This document shows, piece by piece, positions 53,453-64,000 of a stretch of 64,000 nucleotides of DNA. The DNA is from Anthoceros angustus (Eukaryota > Plantae > Anthocerotophyta). A program made the translations under genes and the position numbers. The first letter of the stretch is position 1. Each line of letters opens with the position of its first letter. The notes beneath the pieces are model-generated. The model saw only the letters and a list, made by a program, of their open reading frames with translations. It was not told the origin of the DNA and did no database searches. Location of the stretch: NCBI GenBank assembly GCA_010909165.1, contig MU008160.1, positions 806,001-870,000 of the forward strand. The letters run 5' to 3'.

Positions 53453-56400
53453 TGTGGAAGACCACATGTGAACTAACCCCGCCTCAAGTGTCGGTGAACG
53501 ATTTTTTTGTTTTGGGTGTTAGAACAAAGAAGCAGAGAATCGTCTCACGGAATGGTCCTTGGCCCTTGGAGATAATAATTTTTCGACCCCTTAGGTTTGA
53601 CCTTGGGTGAGAAAATAAAATATGTCCAAATATACATGTACAATATTTGTGTAGTCAAGGTGGTGGCCCCCACCACCTGCCCCAGAAAGTCGGCGCCCAG
53701 TGAAGAGGGGCGCTGCTGCACACGACGCTGTGCCAAATCACCGCCTCGCGGGGAGGAGGAAAAGGCGCGCGATCGTGGAGCGCGGCGGGCGGAGGAGAGA
53801 AATCGGGCGCCGCAAGTTCGCGAGGAGGCGTGGAAGGAGCGCGAGGGGCGCTCGATTTTTTCTCTTCCGACCGTGATCCGCAGGTAGTCGAGGTTTTGTT
53901 TTTGGGAGACAACGAGAAGGAGATGGCGCCCGAGCGGCAAATCTCACACGCAGGGCCCAACATGGACCATCGGAAAGTGAGAGCCGGCACTGCGTGAGCC
54001 GGGTCAAGTTCATGGAGAAGAAATGGTGCTACGTACCGCATTGGTGCAAGAGTGCGCCCGCAATTAAGGACCAAGTCGCAAGAGGGTGACGCGAGGAAAA
54101 GGCCGCAGAACTGGATTTGGCCTCTTCGAGCGGTATGGGCGAGAAGCATCGAGGATGGGAGCTTGGTGATTGACCCCAGAAAGAAGACTTGAAAGCCGCA
54201 GGCCGCGCCATGAAGCCCGGGGAAGTGAGAGTGAACAATGGTCGGGTGACTCGCCAACTCGTGTTCTACCGGTGGGATTGGCCAAATGGATTTTGTGTTC
54301 CTGTAACCGGAAGTCGGATCATATGGCGGATCACTTCTTGGTTTTTCTTCACGAGGTGGTCAAGGGTACACAAATTGATTGGGGAGGATGATTAAAGAGC
54401 CGTGAGGAGAAGGCGAATTTACTCTCTTCTTCCTCGGCCCTCCTTGATTTCGATTCATGTATTTGCATTCCGTGTTTAACGAGTTGAAGGTGGTCCGCCC
54501 GCATGGTTGGAAGCCGGTCAGGAACTCAAGGTAGAAGAGGAGGAATTGAAGGAGGATTCGGGCAAGGATTCCAGCTTGGGAGTGCGCTCGGAAGGTTCTA
54601 AGAGGGAGGAAGTTTCCAAGGGTAAGAAAGGGGCGAAACGGGTCGAACGGGATCGGAAGAAGGGAGGCACCAGAAGAGGAGGAACCCACACACCTGTGGT
54701 CACCAGTCAAGACGCAGCAGAACGGGTAAGGAGGAAAAGTAAAGGGAAATGGAAGTTGCTCCCTCCGTGGGGATGAAACGCCGCTAGGGGAGAATGAAGG
54801 GGAAGAGGCAAGGGCAACCCCTAGGAGAGGAGGGGTTAACTTGGCCGAGACCGCAACGAGCTCCGGACATTTTGGCGACATTTCACCGAACCGTCCCCGA
54901 GGTGGGGATAGGAGACACCGCCATACACGAGAATTGTTGTGGAGGCGGATGGGCAAGGGACAGCCCAATTTGGGATTTGGTGGTTTGACCGGCCATGGCG
55001 ACGCAGCGGATCTCCTGATCAAGCCATGGCTCTCACTCGAGTGTGCAAGGCCAGGAGAAGTTGCTCAAGGAGAAGTTGGAGAGCCTGAAGGCGAGAGCAA
55101 GGCGAGGAGCGCAGACGGAGTGCGGCGGCCTTATGCAAGGCATGTGAGCGCTTAAGGCACATGTCCACTCCAGAAGCTTTAGTAAATCAGTCGGGGGCGA
55201 TGCTACAATTGAAGAGCTTCAGATGAGGTCTCATGAGTCCAGAGTGGAAGGCGCCTTGGAGAAATTCAAGAAGCGGAGAGGTACAAGGAAAGAGACGGTT
55301 AGAGTCAAGAGAGAGGTGGCCAAACCAAGAAAGGCCGAGCAATGCCCACCGCAGGAGCCGTGGAACCACCACGGTGGCTAAACCAGCCACCGGGAACGGG
55401 AACCGAGGTGGGGAAGTCACCGACGGAGTGTCGCAGATGGAGGGATGATCCCCGGAGAATCCAGCCGCCTGTGATTGTCCACGGAGGAGAGGGTAAGGAC
55501 CAGACGAAGGGCGACAGTTACGCGTCGGATGAGGATGCTCATGTCCCCGGCTTCGCCGCATGGTGAGCGGTGCTCACTCTAAACGTGTATGTGGTTGTTG
55601 GGACAGGAGGGGCGTAAACCACCGGGTCAGACATCTTGACACAGCGCTACGCTGGTTCCTTCGAGTAGAGCGGCGCCTATCCTCCGCAAGTGGTGTGGAA
55701 GAGATGAGCGAGGCGCAGCGAGCATGGAGGGAGGAGCACATATGGTTGTCCAAATGAGGAGGAGCGGGACAATGGACATAGAGGTCACAGCGCGCAACGT
55801 CCGCTGGAAGGCGCGAGGGAAATTCAAAGGAGAGCGAGGTGGAGGTTGTGGGGAAAATCGCCGGATCGAGAGGCGAGGCCAAGAGCGAGAGGGTCCCCAT
55901 GGGCCGAGGGCGAGGCAAAGAATCGGAGGCGGCGCTGATTTTAGGGGAGTCGCGATAGCCTAGGACCGGGTTTTTCAGCGAGGATAGGGAGTTCCATCAC
56001 CAGAGTCATGTTGCTTAGATTGGTAAGGCGCGTGGTAGGAGAGCTACAATTTTAGACACTAAAGAGAAGTGAGTCGTGTTGGACCACAGATGTATAAGAG
56101 ACCCTGGGTGTCTCTCAAGGCGACGATTTCGTGTGAACTTCCGTATCGAACCGCCGAGTGGGGTTGATTGGAGACGTCCGTCAAGATCAAACGCGCGACC
56201 GCCTTCCGTCACAAGAAGGCCGGAAGATCTCGGATGGTCGAGAGCGGAGTGGCCAAGCTCCACGCCTGGGTAACGGAGAAGCGCACGAAAAGGTAGAGGA
56301 GCCGGCCGAGGCGGAACTGGAAGGCGACCCAAGCACCGATCGGGTTTTCCCGATCCTCTTTCCAACCGCTGCCACTGTGTGTTCATTCCATGAGAGGGGT

Positions 56401-56880
56401 CTGTGTGGCCCAAGGAGGGTCTGTGGCCCAAGGAAAAGGGGTCTGTGTGGCCCGTGAGACGAGGGAGAGTTCATTGGAAGGGAAAGGTTCCGAGGGTAGT
56501 TGTGCTACCGAGGGATTGTGAGAGCGTGTGAGGGAAAATCTAAACGCGAGGTGGAAGCGGTGGTAGGATCGCAAAAGGGGCGGTGAGGCGATATAGGTGT
56601 CCGATAGCCTAGGTCCGTGTTAGAGAAGCCGCGACGGTAGACTCCGCGAAGGCGGGCGCTTGGGGGCCCGTGTGCCGAACTGCCACCGCGGTGGCCGAGT
56701 CCCACGGTGGTGGGTTTGGGCAGTGGAGAAGGTGGGAAGTGAGCGACCAGGGTCTAGAATCCATAGATTTAGCACACCTTGACACAACACCATTCCCTTG
56801 GGATCGAATCCTAGGACTATAACGACATAGAGGGTAAATGTGGCCTCTTTGCGTCTTCAGATGCAAAAACCCATTCCACA
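53453..56880 (+). repeat. Gypsy 3' LTR (about 3.4 kb)
   Basis: Starts tgtggaagaccacatgtgaactaacc and ends aaaacccattccaca; has roughly 0.45 kb of extra sequence near 55600-56100 relative to the 5' LTR. Confidence 0.92.
53923..55450 (+). CDS. ORF embedded in the gypsy 3' LTR (second copy, frameshifted; end approximate)
   Basis: RVNNGRVTRQLVFYRWDWPNGFCVPVTG, MADHFLVFLHEVVKGTQIDWG, EAGQELKVEEEELKEDS. Confidence 0.55.
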
Positions 56881-57900
56881 ACTGGCACATTATGTTGGAA
56901 ATCATATTCCCCATTGTCCTCCGGGGGTGCATAGAGCCAGAGGTGTACAAGGCGGTTGTAAAGCTAGGACGCCTTTACCGGTGGATTTGCCGGTAGACGA
57001 TACCGGTCGGGACATCCAAGCAGTAGCGAGAGGCGATGAGGGTAATGTGCTCTCTCGAGAAGCAATTTCCCCAAGATGTTTGATATATCAACCCACCTCA
57101 TATTACACTTAGTGGACGTGGTGGCGCTTTGGGCCCTTCACTAGGTGGATGTACCCGGTGGGAGGTATTTAGGATCCGAGCGGACGGTCTGACGGTAGAC
57201 GAGTCCAGATAGCGGTGGGGTACATGCGTGAGGAGAGTTTGCATTTGCATGACATTTCTCCGCGTTTCGCTCACGTGGGAGAAGCATGGACTGCGATGAG
57301 CGTATGGGGAGAAGGTCTTTGGGTGTCGGCCGTGCGTACATTATGGATGCCGTGGAGGCACGCCAGCACATATGTGTTGTATCACACGGTGCGGCCGTTC
57401 TTGGACATGTCTGAGGAAGAAGTTAGGACAAACGGTGCAGGATGGTCGACGGACTTTCGGACGGTGGATATGGAAGAAGGGCTCGACGCATGGGATGGGC
57501 ATCCTTGCATGACCCGCAGTGACCGCAATCATGGATGGGCTGCGTTGCAAGCGGTGGCATATAGCCACATGTGGAACAAAGGCAGCCACCTCGAGCAGTG
57601 GAGGCGGACAAAGCGTCGCGGAGTACAAAGGATAGTCACGGTGGCCAGTTTCTCATGGTGGGGCGGCGACATTGAAGAGGGCGCCCGTTCTACGCACATA
57701 GAACAAATACTCCGCTGCGGTTCTATGAGTTTAAGCCAATTTTGTTGAAGGTTAGATGGTACAGTGTCGGCCGGGAGGGACAAGGCCATCGATGCGAAAG
57801 TCGTACGGTTGACATTGTAAATACGGAGAAAGTTTGTGTGTCTGGTGCGCTCAATAGATGGTCCGTTTGCCATCGCCATCGCGTAATGATGCATCGCATC
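56881..57900 (+). pseudogene. tnpD: CACTA TnpD-like transposase, 3' part (DUF4218- and DUF4216-like)
   Basis: DWHIMLEIIFPIVLRGCIEPEVYKAVVKLGRLYRWIC, MFDISTHLILHLV..RWMYPV, EFKPILLKVRWYSV. Confidence 0.88.
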
Positions 57901-58022
57901 CAGACGGGGATGAAAACTAGGGTTGGCCATCTGGTACCCCCGGCGAGGGATGGAGGGACACGGAGGCAGTGGGCGGAGCCATATAGCGCATGGCATGTGG
58001 CCTATGGACGTCGAGGATGGGC

Positions 58023-58160
58023 GTAACCTCCGGACCAGCGACGTAATGTAATGTGGCTCCATTGGAAGACACGTAACCAAGCGTGACACTACGAAGATGG
58101 GGGTAACCTCCGGACTAATGACGTAATGTGGCTCCAATGGAAGACAATCACGTGACATCT
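58023..58160 (+). repeat. Two-copy tandem repeat, period about 80 bp, between tnpD and the second ORF
   Basis: gtaacctccggac....gacgtaatgt...ggctcca.tggaagaca at 58023 and 58103. Confidence 0.85.
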
Positions 58161-58759
58161 AAATACCGTGGTCTTGATGGCGGTGTTCACATGACGACAC
58201 CGATTATCGGCAATATGCAATGATGAGCTCTTCTAGATCGCACTCAATTGTGGGCAAGGGACTACAAGTTGTCGTAATATAAAACACTAGTCATTATGGC
58301 GAAGGAGAAGGGCACGGTGAGGATTTGCGCGATAATAATGACGGCCGACGAGTTTGCAAACAAAGGCTTTCCATATGAAGAGCTTTGAATTTTGGCAGTG
58401 GCGACCCTTGGCTTGGCAACTATCAGGAAGGGGGCAAGCCAATGCCTTCAGCATGGCGCGGTGGCGTCCGCCGAACGGGGCAATGGACAGGAAGGGAAGG
58501 GCGTGGAAGCTGAGTTTGCAGACATCGTATACCCCCGCTAGGAGCACCACTGTCGGCAGGCGTCGCCGACGCCGTCGCCGACGCCTATCCGTAGGTGGGT
58601 GGGGAGGATGAGAGGGCAAGCTCGTCTCGAGCTACCTCGCTCATCCACCCCAGCCACCTAACACCTCTGATCCGAGCCGCGCGCGCGCCTCACCAGGCCA
58701 CCGCGTCCTACATAGACACACGAGAGTTGTGAGGGACAAGGGAACATGGCAGCCCGAAC

Positions 58760-59900
58760 CAATGGCAGATTTGAGGACATGGAGACGTGGAATATCCCAG
58801 CCCCGACAGACGCGGACTTGGAGCATTGCGTTCGCGAATTGAACGCAGGGTGACGATGCTTTGCTATCAGATGAGGTGGGTGTTTCGAGACTGGATTGAC
58901 AAGAACGTCTTGTTCACAATTTGTACACACGTTGATGCGGTTGCTGCGGGCGTTGCAGTGCACCTGCTTGGCATCTTTGGCATTCATGCGCAGACATGTG
59001 GAGGCAGCCCATGGCAACACGGGAGGTGGTTGGGAATGCGAGAAGGCAAAACCGAGGGGGAGGAGCGGGTAAGAAGCCGAGCATGGTGGGGCGGGGTCCC
59101 TGCGCCGACACAACGGATGAGGAATGGCGGCGGCGGTTTAAGGGGAGGTGTGATGACAAGGGGTGTGCGAGGCGGATCTTGATGGAGTGGTGTCGAGGTG
59201 GACAACGATGCACTTGTGACCTTGATAAAAGGAATGGCGTGAAATGGCTGAAGGAGGCAATGCAAAAGCAAAGGACAGGAAGGGAAGGGAATCCGATGTT
59301 GTTCGAAGTCAGCGAAGCAAGGCCTGTTGAACTGTGAGGACAAAGGTTGTGAATGAACTGGGGAACATGGCAAGATGGCGCGACGTTCCGAGAGGGGAGA
59401 AGGGACGGTTAGTGAAATCGGTGTCGGAAGCCTTCCCCGACCTGGTGGTGAAGTCCAGCATAAGCCGACACTTTGCGCAGATGACTCGCACGCGCAATTC
59501 TCGATGTGTGGAGGCCGCAAAGGCAGCGGCATTAGAGGAGAGGGAGCAGGAGGGGGGAGGAGCAGGTAAGAAGCCGAGCATGGTGGACGAGGAGGAGTGG
59601 GAAGATGCCCTTGCACAGGCTCGGATGGAGCTGCAAGCAGGAAGTTCGAGCCATCAAGTATGAACTTACTGACAAGAGAGGCTGGCCAAAAACGGAGGGT
59701 GGGGCCAAACCCTTGGGGCAAGGGGAGGCGTCTTTGGATGGGTGCTTGGTTTGAGAAGAAGCATGGAGGTACCCAAATCAAGAGGAGGCTGAATTTGGGA
59801 GATCAAGAGGACGATCTCCATGCAACCTCTCAGGCGGTTCGCGGTGGCGGTCATCCCGAGTTCATACAATGGTAAGACATGGAATAACCGGAACCACCCC
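58760..59900 (+). pseudogene. CACTA TnpA-like (Ptta/En/Spm-type) second ORF; fragmented, may extend to about 61290
   Basis: RWRDVPRGEKGRLVKSVSEAFPD...GKKPSMVDEEEWEDAL; located downstream of tnpD on the same strand. Confidence 0.5.
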
Positions 59901-61819
59901 AGAGGTTCAGGCTATGGCCAGGAGGACAAGGGAGATGACAATTTTGTTGAACGACATGGAATTGGAGATGGATCCAGATCTGGTGGCATTTCCGAGACGA
60001 AGGATGGAAGACAGGGCAGGCACTGCTGCAGGAGGTGGTGGTGTGGATGTGGGGGGGATAAGTAGGAGGACGGTGGGAGTAGAATGCATTGGGAGAGAGG
60101 AGGGGAGACAAAACACGAAGAGAAAGGGGAGGGGGCTTGGTCCGAAGGTGGGATGGTGCGATGGTGGAAACAGTGTCCGAGTGAGGCTATGACGGGCAAT
60201 GTGATCGTGGTGCCGACGACGCCACGATCACCAAGGTGATGGAACGTCCATGCCCGGTGATAGTGTGAATGCCGAGTGTGAGAAGATGTGTAGGGAGAGG
60301 CGGTGGCGAATGGAGGAGAGGAGGGTGTGCCGTCACCGTCAAGTTGCGGCCATGGCCGTAGGCAGGGGAGGGACTTGGAATCAGCTGTAGCGGCCATGCC
60401 GGTTCACGGAAGGAGGGGTGTGTCAAGAGGGCAGCCGGCTGGTAAAGGGCGTGTGTTGGGAGGGTGCCCGTCACTGCCTAGTGACGGGCAGAACTGCACA
60501 TTGTGGACGGAGATGGGGTCAGAGGGAGTGACGAGGGCCGTGAAAGACATGAGGGATGGAATCGGAGGGCCGGATGAGAATTACATTCCGTGGGGAGGCA
60601 ATTGTGTCTCAGCAAGGCGGCATGTGTCAGCGTGGCAGAACAAATGGGGTGGGAGAGGAGGCGGTGGCGAATGGAGGAGGCGGGGTCCATGGCGAAGCCA
60701 TGGTCGTGGTGGGGCCAAAAGGCGAGTGGCAGCCATGAGGGAATTCGAGGGGAGGGAGAAAGGCGAGGCAGCAAAAATGTTGATGGCAAAACGTCGAAAC
60801 AACGATGGCGCAGAGTATGAGGAAGGGGCGACATTGAGGGCGTGCCTAACCGTGCTGCATACATACCGGGCGACCCGATGCGAAAGCATGGACCTCCAAT
60901 GAGGCCCCATTGGAGGCTACGCCACTGTGACAAAAGGTGGAGGCCGAAGAGGAAAGCGGGGAGGTGCCTGGAGGCGGCAGCGGGGCCGCAGGGGCACGGG
61001 CCGCCACAGTGAGCGAGGATGGAAGGAGTGATATGGGCAAGAGGTACATAAGAAAGCAGTATGGGGTGCGGGAAGGTAAGCAATTGAAGGTCGTTGTGCA
61101 CACTATATCTGCACATGTCTTGAAGGGCATGCTGCGATGTTTGTACGTGGTGCGTGCGAGGAGGAAGGGAGGTGGATGCGATGGAAAGGGAAAGCTGGTC
61201 GTGAATGACGCAAGAGGAAGGGAGGAAGAAAATCGCAAAAGCAGGGGTTGTAGGAGGTTTCCTTCTCATGCATACGATGAGGAGTAGGAAATTAGAAATG
61301 AAGAAGCATACTGTATGGAGCGAAAGAACCCAGCGTATGAAAACAAACTCCTAGGCAGAAGGACAAAGTAGTAAATACTGATAAGAAGGGCTGGGCGAGC
61401 CATGGCAAGAAGCCGATGGGCATGGGGGACAAGCCGGGCACGTAACGCCCGCTAGAGAAGGTAGGTTGCGCGACACCGGATACACAAAAATAGGCCGCTG
61501 GGGTGAAATGTGGGATGTATGTATCCGTACAGGTTTTCAGGAATGATGAATACAAAGTATAGTATCCTGGACGTGTACAATTTACGTACGTTAGCAGTAT
61601 GTCGTATAACTGTGTTTTATACAAAATGAAATATAACCGTATGTCACAGGAAATTATCGTATATGGCATATTACCAATACCAGTATTCTACGAAGGCTGT
61701 ATGCATACATGTATTTATTTATATGTATTCATACGAGGTAATAAGGGAAACCAAGTATTCTATATGGTAAATGTAGTAAAGGAGGAAGGTAGATGGGGAG
61801 GAGGTTCGGTACCAAGCCT

Positions 61820-62093
61820 CCAAAAGTGTTACAAGACTTTTCTTGTAACACTTTATATGTTGCAACCGTGTTGCAATCTTGAGAGAGGACAAAAGCGCCT
61901 CTCACTTCATCTCAACAAAATTGCAACACCCTTGCAACATGGTTGCAACAAACACTCCGGTTTGGTTTCCAAGCCAAAGTGTAACAAGCGGCCCAAAAAG
62001 TGTTACATGACCCCAAAATTGCAACATAAGTGTTACATCCGGGGGTCCAAATCTTAACATAAAGTGTAACATAGGCTGCCTTTTCTAGCTGGG
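61820..62093 (-). repeat. Right subterminal repeats and right TIR (62065-62093)
   Basis: Multiple GTGTTACA, TGTAACA and TTGCAAC motifs in both orientations; the TIR reverse complement is CCCAGCTAGAAAAGGCAGCCTATGTTACA. Confidence 0.92.
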
Positions 62094-62279
62094 ATTGAAA
62101 TCCAACACCACTATATTAGAGATGTGGTGGAACGAGGTGCTGTTAAAGTGGGATATGTACATACAGATGAGAATGTGGCAGATGTGCTGACTAAGGGCCT
62201 GGTAAAGCATAAGCATTACAAGCACCTTTCAGGTTTGGGCCTGGAAGACTACACAAGATATATGGACAGCAGCCAGTGA
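62094..62279 (+). pseudogene. Displaced C-terminus of copia RNase H (61 aa)
   Basis: IEIQHHYIRDVVERGAVKVGYVHTDENVADVLTKGL...stop at 62277-62279; too short for the ORF track without a start codon. Confidence 0.95.
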
Positions 62280-62396
62280 CTCATCTGGTGTTGGTGGGGG
62301 CGGAAACCCGAAGGTTTCCAATTTGTTGATGAAGAGTGTCCACAATTTGCTTGTGGACACAGATAACTGTACACGCTCCCCACAGGCACGAGGTCG

Positions 62397-62860
62397 TCAC
62401 CGATGAAGGTAAGTGCAAAATGCGAGAAGGACCCACGCCCGCCGGAGGATGAAGCTCACCTTACATTCATCCGGTGGCTCAACGCCCATGGATGGCTTGA
62501 CGCCTTCCTTGGCGCCATCAGTAGCACGTTTCGCAGCAAAGGATGTGTTCCAGTCCGATCCCGCCTTAGCTAGGCGTAGGCAAGCGAGTGGAGTAGGCGT
62601 ATGAGCCCGAAGCGAAAGTCGCCGCCGGGTTCGTGACCCAACACGAGGTGCCCGAAAGTTGTTCCTGGTATAGGTCCTGGGTTGCCGGGGCAGTTGCTCA
62701 TGAAGCGAGCCAACTCCTCCAGTGACCCACACCTACTCCATGGCAACCTTCCCAGCGGCGCTTCCGTCTCTGTTGCTGCGCTGGATTTTGCGTTGGGCTG
62801 TTTCCTTCTCCTTGGCGTCTTCACTGGGCCGGCGTATGTCTTGCCGCTGCGCGTCTGCAT
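62397..62860 (-). CDS. Antisense ORF in the copia 3' region (96 aa as read, about 150 aa with one frameshift); unknown function
   Basis: MQTRSGKTYAGPVKTPRRRKQ...WSRCGSLEELARFM...; the overlapping frame continues LRLAKAGSDWNTSF...FILRRAWVLLAFCTYLHR stop. Confidence 0.5.
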
Positions 62861-63095
62861 CGTTGCTAGGCGATGGTGGGCTTGGCAGCTGAGCTTGATA
62901 GCAGCCAGGAAGGTGAGGGAGATGGTGGCGGCGGCAAACGCTTGCGCTATGATTAAGTCCGTCGCTGGCGTAGGGGTTTACGCTGGGTTTGTGCACGCTC
63001 CGTTCTGCGTTCTGAAAGGATCCCGTTTTTTTTTATGACTAGAAGATCGTCGATGATGGTCATAGTTGCGCAAGTCATATACCTAAAGTTGCTTT

Positions 63096-63103
63096 AGAGG
63101 GAG
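63096..63103 (+). promoter_or_regulatory. Polypurine tract of the copia element
   Basis: AGAGGGAG immediately before the 3' LTR. Confidence 0.85.
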
Positions 63104-63270
63104 TGTTGGAAATAAAGCCAACATTAAGTATAAAGGTTTTTTAGGTTAAACATACGTGAACCGTTTTTAGGGTTTAGTATATAAACAATACACACATACA
63201 ATTTTGTAACCATTATTTCATTATTTGAAATCAAGCTTTGTCGAGCCAAACTGCTCTCCGCAAATTTACA
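63104..63270 (+). repeat. Copia 3' LTR, followed by TSD AGATC
   Basis: About 3 differences from the LTR at 2829-2996 by eye. Confidence 0.95.
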
Positions 63271-63292
63271 AGATCATAGGGATGTGTGCACA

Positions 63293-63490
63293 TTAAGGCA
63301 TCCACATGCGGGCTGTCAAGTAGACATAAGCAAGGATTTCCAGCATTAAAGACGGTGAATTCCAACGTGATAGTGAACATAGGTGATAAGCATTCACTAC
63401 TCTCCGAGTTACAGTTTTTAGCAAGTCCTCAACGTACTTCTGGTTTAGACGGACCTTTGTATTGCCAGCTTTGCCTTTTGAAGAATGCAA
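63293..63490 (-). pseudogene. Possible hAT transposase fragment in the DNA that the copia inserted into
   Basis: SRWNSPSLMLE resembles the hAT TRWNSTYxMLE motif; a single motif only. Confidence 0.3.
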
Positions 63491-63675
63491 TCTTATGCTA
63501 AGTAATTTCTACTTTGTGTTTGATGCATGGGCGAGAGCGTGATGCAATTCTCTGGTTTTAGAATTGTGCCGTACTGGACTTCGTATGCAAGGTTTCGCTC
63601 GCAGGTAGTGTGGGTTTTGCTAACATTTTAGAAAGCTTTTATAAGCAGGGGACCCTTTTTAGGATGAAACTAGGA

Positions 63676-63828
63676 CACTAAGCTAGTAGCAAGCTGCAAG
63701 CCAAAGTCTTAAGTTCTTCGTTAGGTTTTCTTTCTTTTTCTATATCTAATTACACTAGGCTAGTAGCAAGCTGCAAGCTGAGTCTTAAGTTCTTCGTTAG
63801 GTTTTCTTTCTTTTTCTATATTTAATTA
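63676..63828 (+). repeat. Two-copy tandem duplication of about 77 bp
   Basis: gctagtagcaagctgcaagc..agtcttaagttcttcgttaggttttctttctttttctatat occurs twice. Confidence 0.95.
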
Positions 63829-64000
63829 CAGGTGGGAATTACAATACTTGTCCACTGCAATATCCGATATCACGACTTCGGCCATGCATGTACATAGAAA
63901 CCTAAAGGCCTATAGCGGTATTGTACAAATTGGCCATTTATTTCCTTTGTGTATCAATGTGTGGAGTTAGATGTATGTCATTACATAATTATCAATAATC

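Larger units (their letters stand above)
44765..56880 (+). mobile_element. Ty3/gypsy LTR retrotransposon, non-chromovirus (Athila/Tat-like), 12.1 kb, inserted in tnpD
   Basis: LTRs TGTGGAAG...TTCCACA twice; PBS TGGCGCC; PPT; PR-RT-RH-INT order. TSD is imperfect (ctgag left vs actgg right), but TnpD KSH|DWHIML rejoins. Confidence 0.92.
35561..62093 (+). mobile_element. CACTA/EnSpm-superfamily DNA transposon (26,533 bp including the nested gypsy) with non-canonical CCC termini
   Basis: 29-bp TIRs (27/29 match), 3-bp TSD ATT (35558-35560 and 62094-62096), subterminal repeats, TnpD- and TnpA-like coding regions. Confidence 0.93.
30129..63270 (+). mobile_element. Complete Ty1/copia element carrying nested insertions (about 6.6 kb native, 33.1 kb as found)
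   Basis: Matching LTRs at 30129-30294 and 63104-63270; TSD AGATC at 30124-30128 and 63271-63275; PBS and PPT; RNase H rejoins in frame across the CACTA (RTKHI|EIQHHYIRD). Confidence 0.95.

Noticed and set aside
2829-63270. One 60-kb copia running from the first 5' LTR to the 3' LTR
   Set aside because: The TSD fits both 5' LTRs, but the continuous CACTA and RNase H junction links the 3' LTR to the 30129 copy. The first copy is explained by the duplication.

Overview
Nuclear DNA of a seed-free land plant, probably a hornwort, fern or lycophyte (inferred from the DYW:KP-type PPR genes). The consensus looks like a noisy long-read one, with many 1-2 bp indels, so most genes appear frameshifted and coding boundaries are approximate. 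The window has three parts. (1) A cluster of four paralogous PLS-class PPR genes at about 11-23.4 kb, orientation - + + -. All four end in a DYW:KP deaminase domain with a terminal GRP triplet, the subclass linked to reverse U-to-C organellar RNA editing, and they differ at RNA-recognition code residues. (2) A three-layer transposon nest at 30129-63270. A Ty1/copia element (about 168-bp LTRs, TSD AGATC) is split inside RNase H by a 26.5-kb CACTA/EnSpm-type element (29-bp TIRs starting CCC, TSD ATT), whose TnpD gene is split by a 12.1-kb Athila/Tat-like Ty3/gypsy element with LTRs of 3.0 and 3.4 kb. The copia carries an extra sense ORF before gag and an antisense ORF after pol, and the gypsy LTRs contain a long ORF. 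(3) A direct duplication of at least 9.2 kb (1-9190 vs 27385-36392) that copies the left part of the nest, flanks the PPR cluster and breaks at a TA microsatellite. No rRNA, tRNA or CRISPR features were found.
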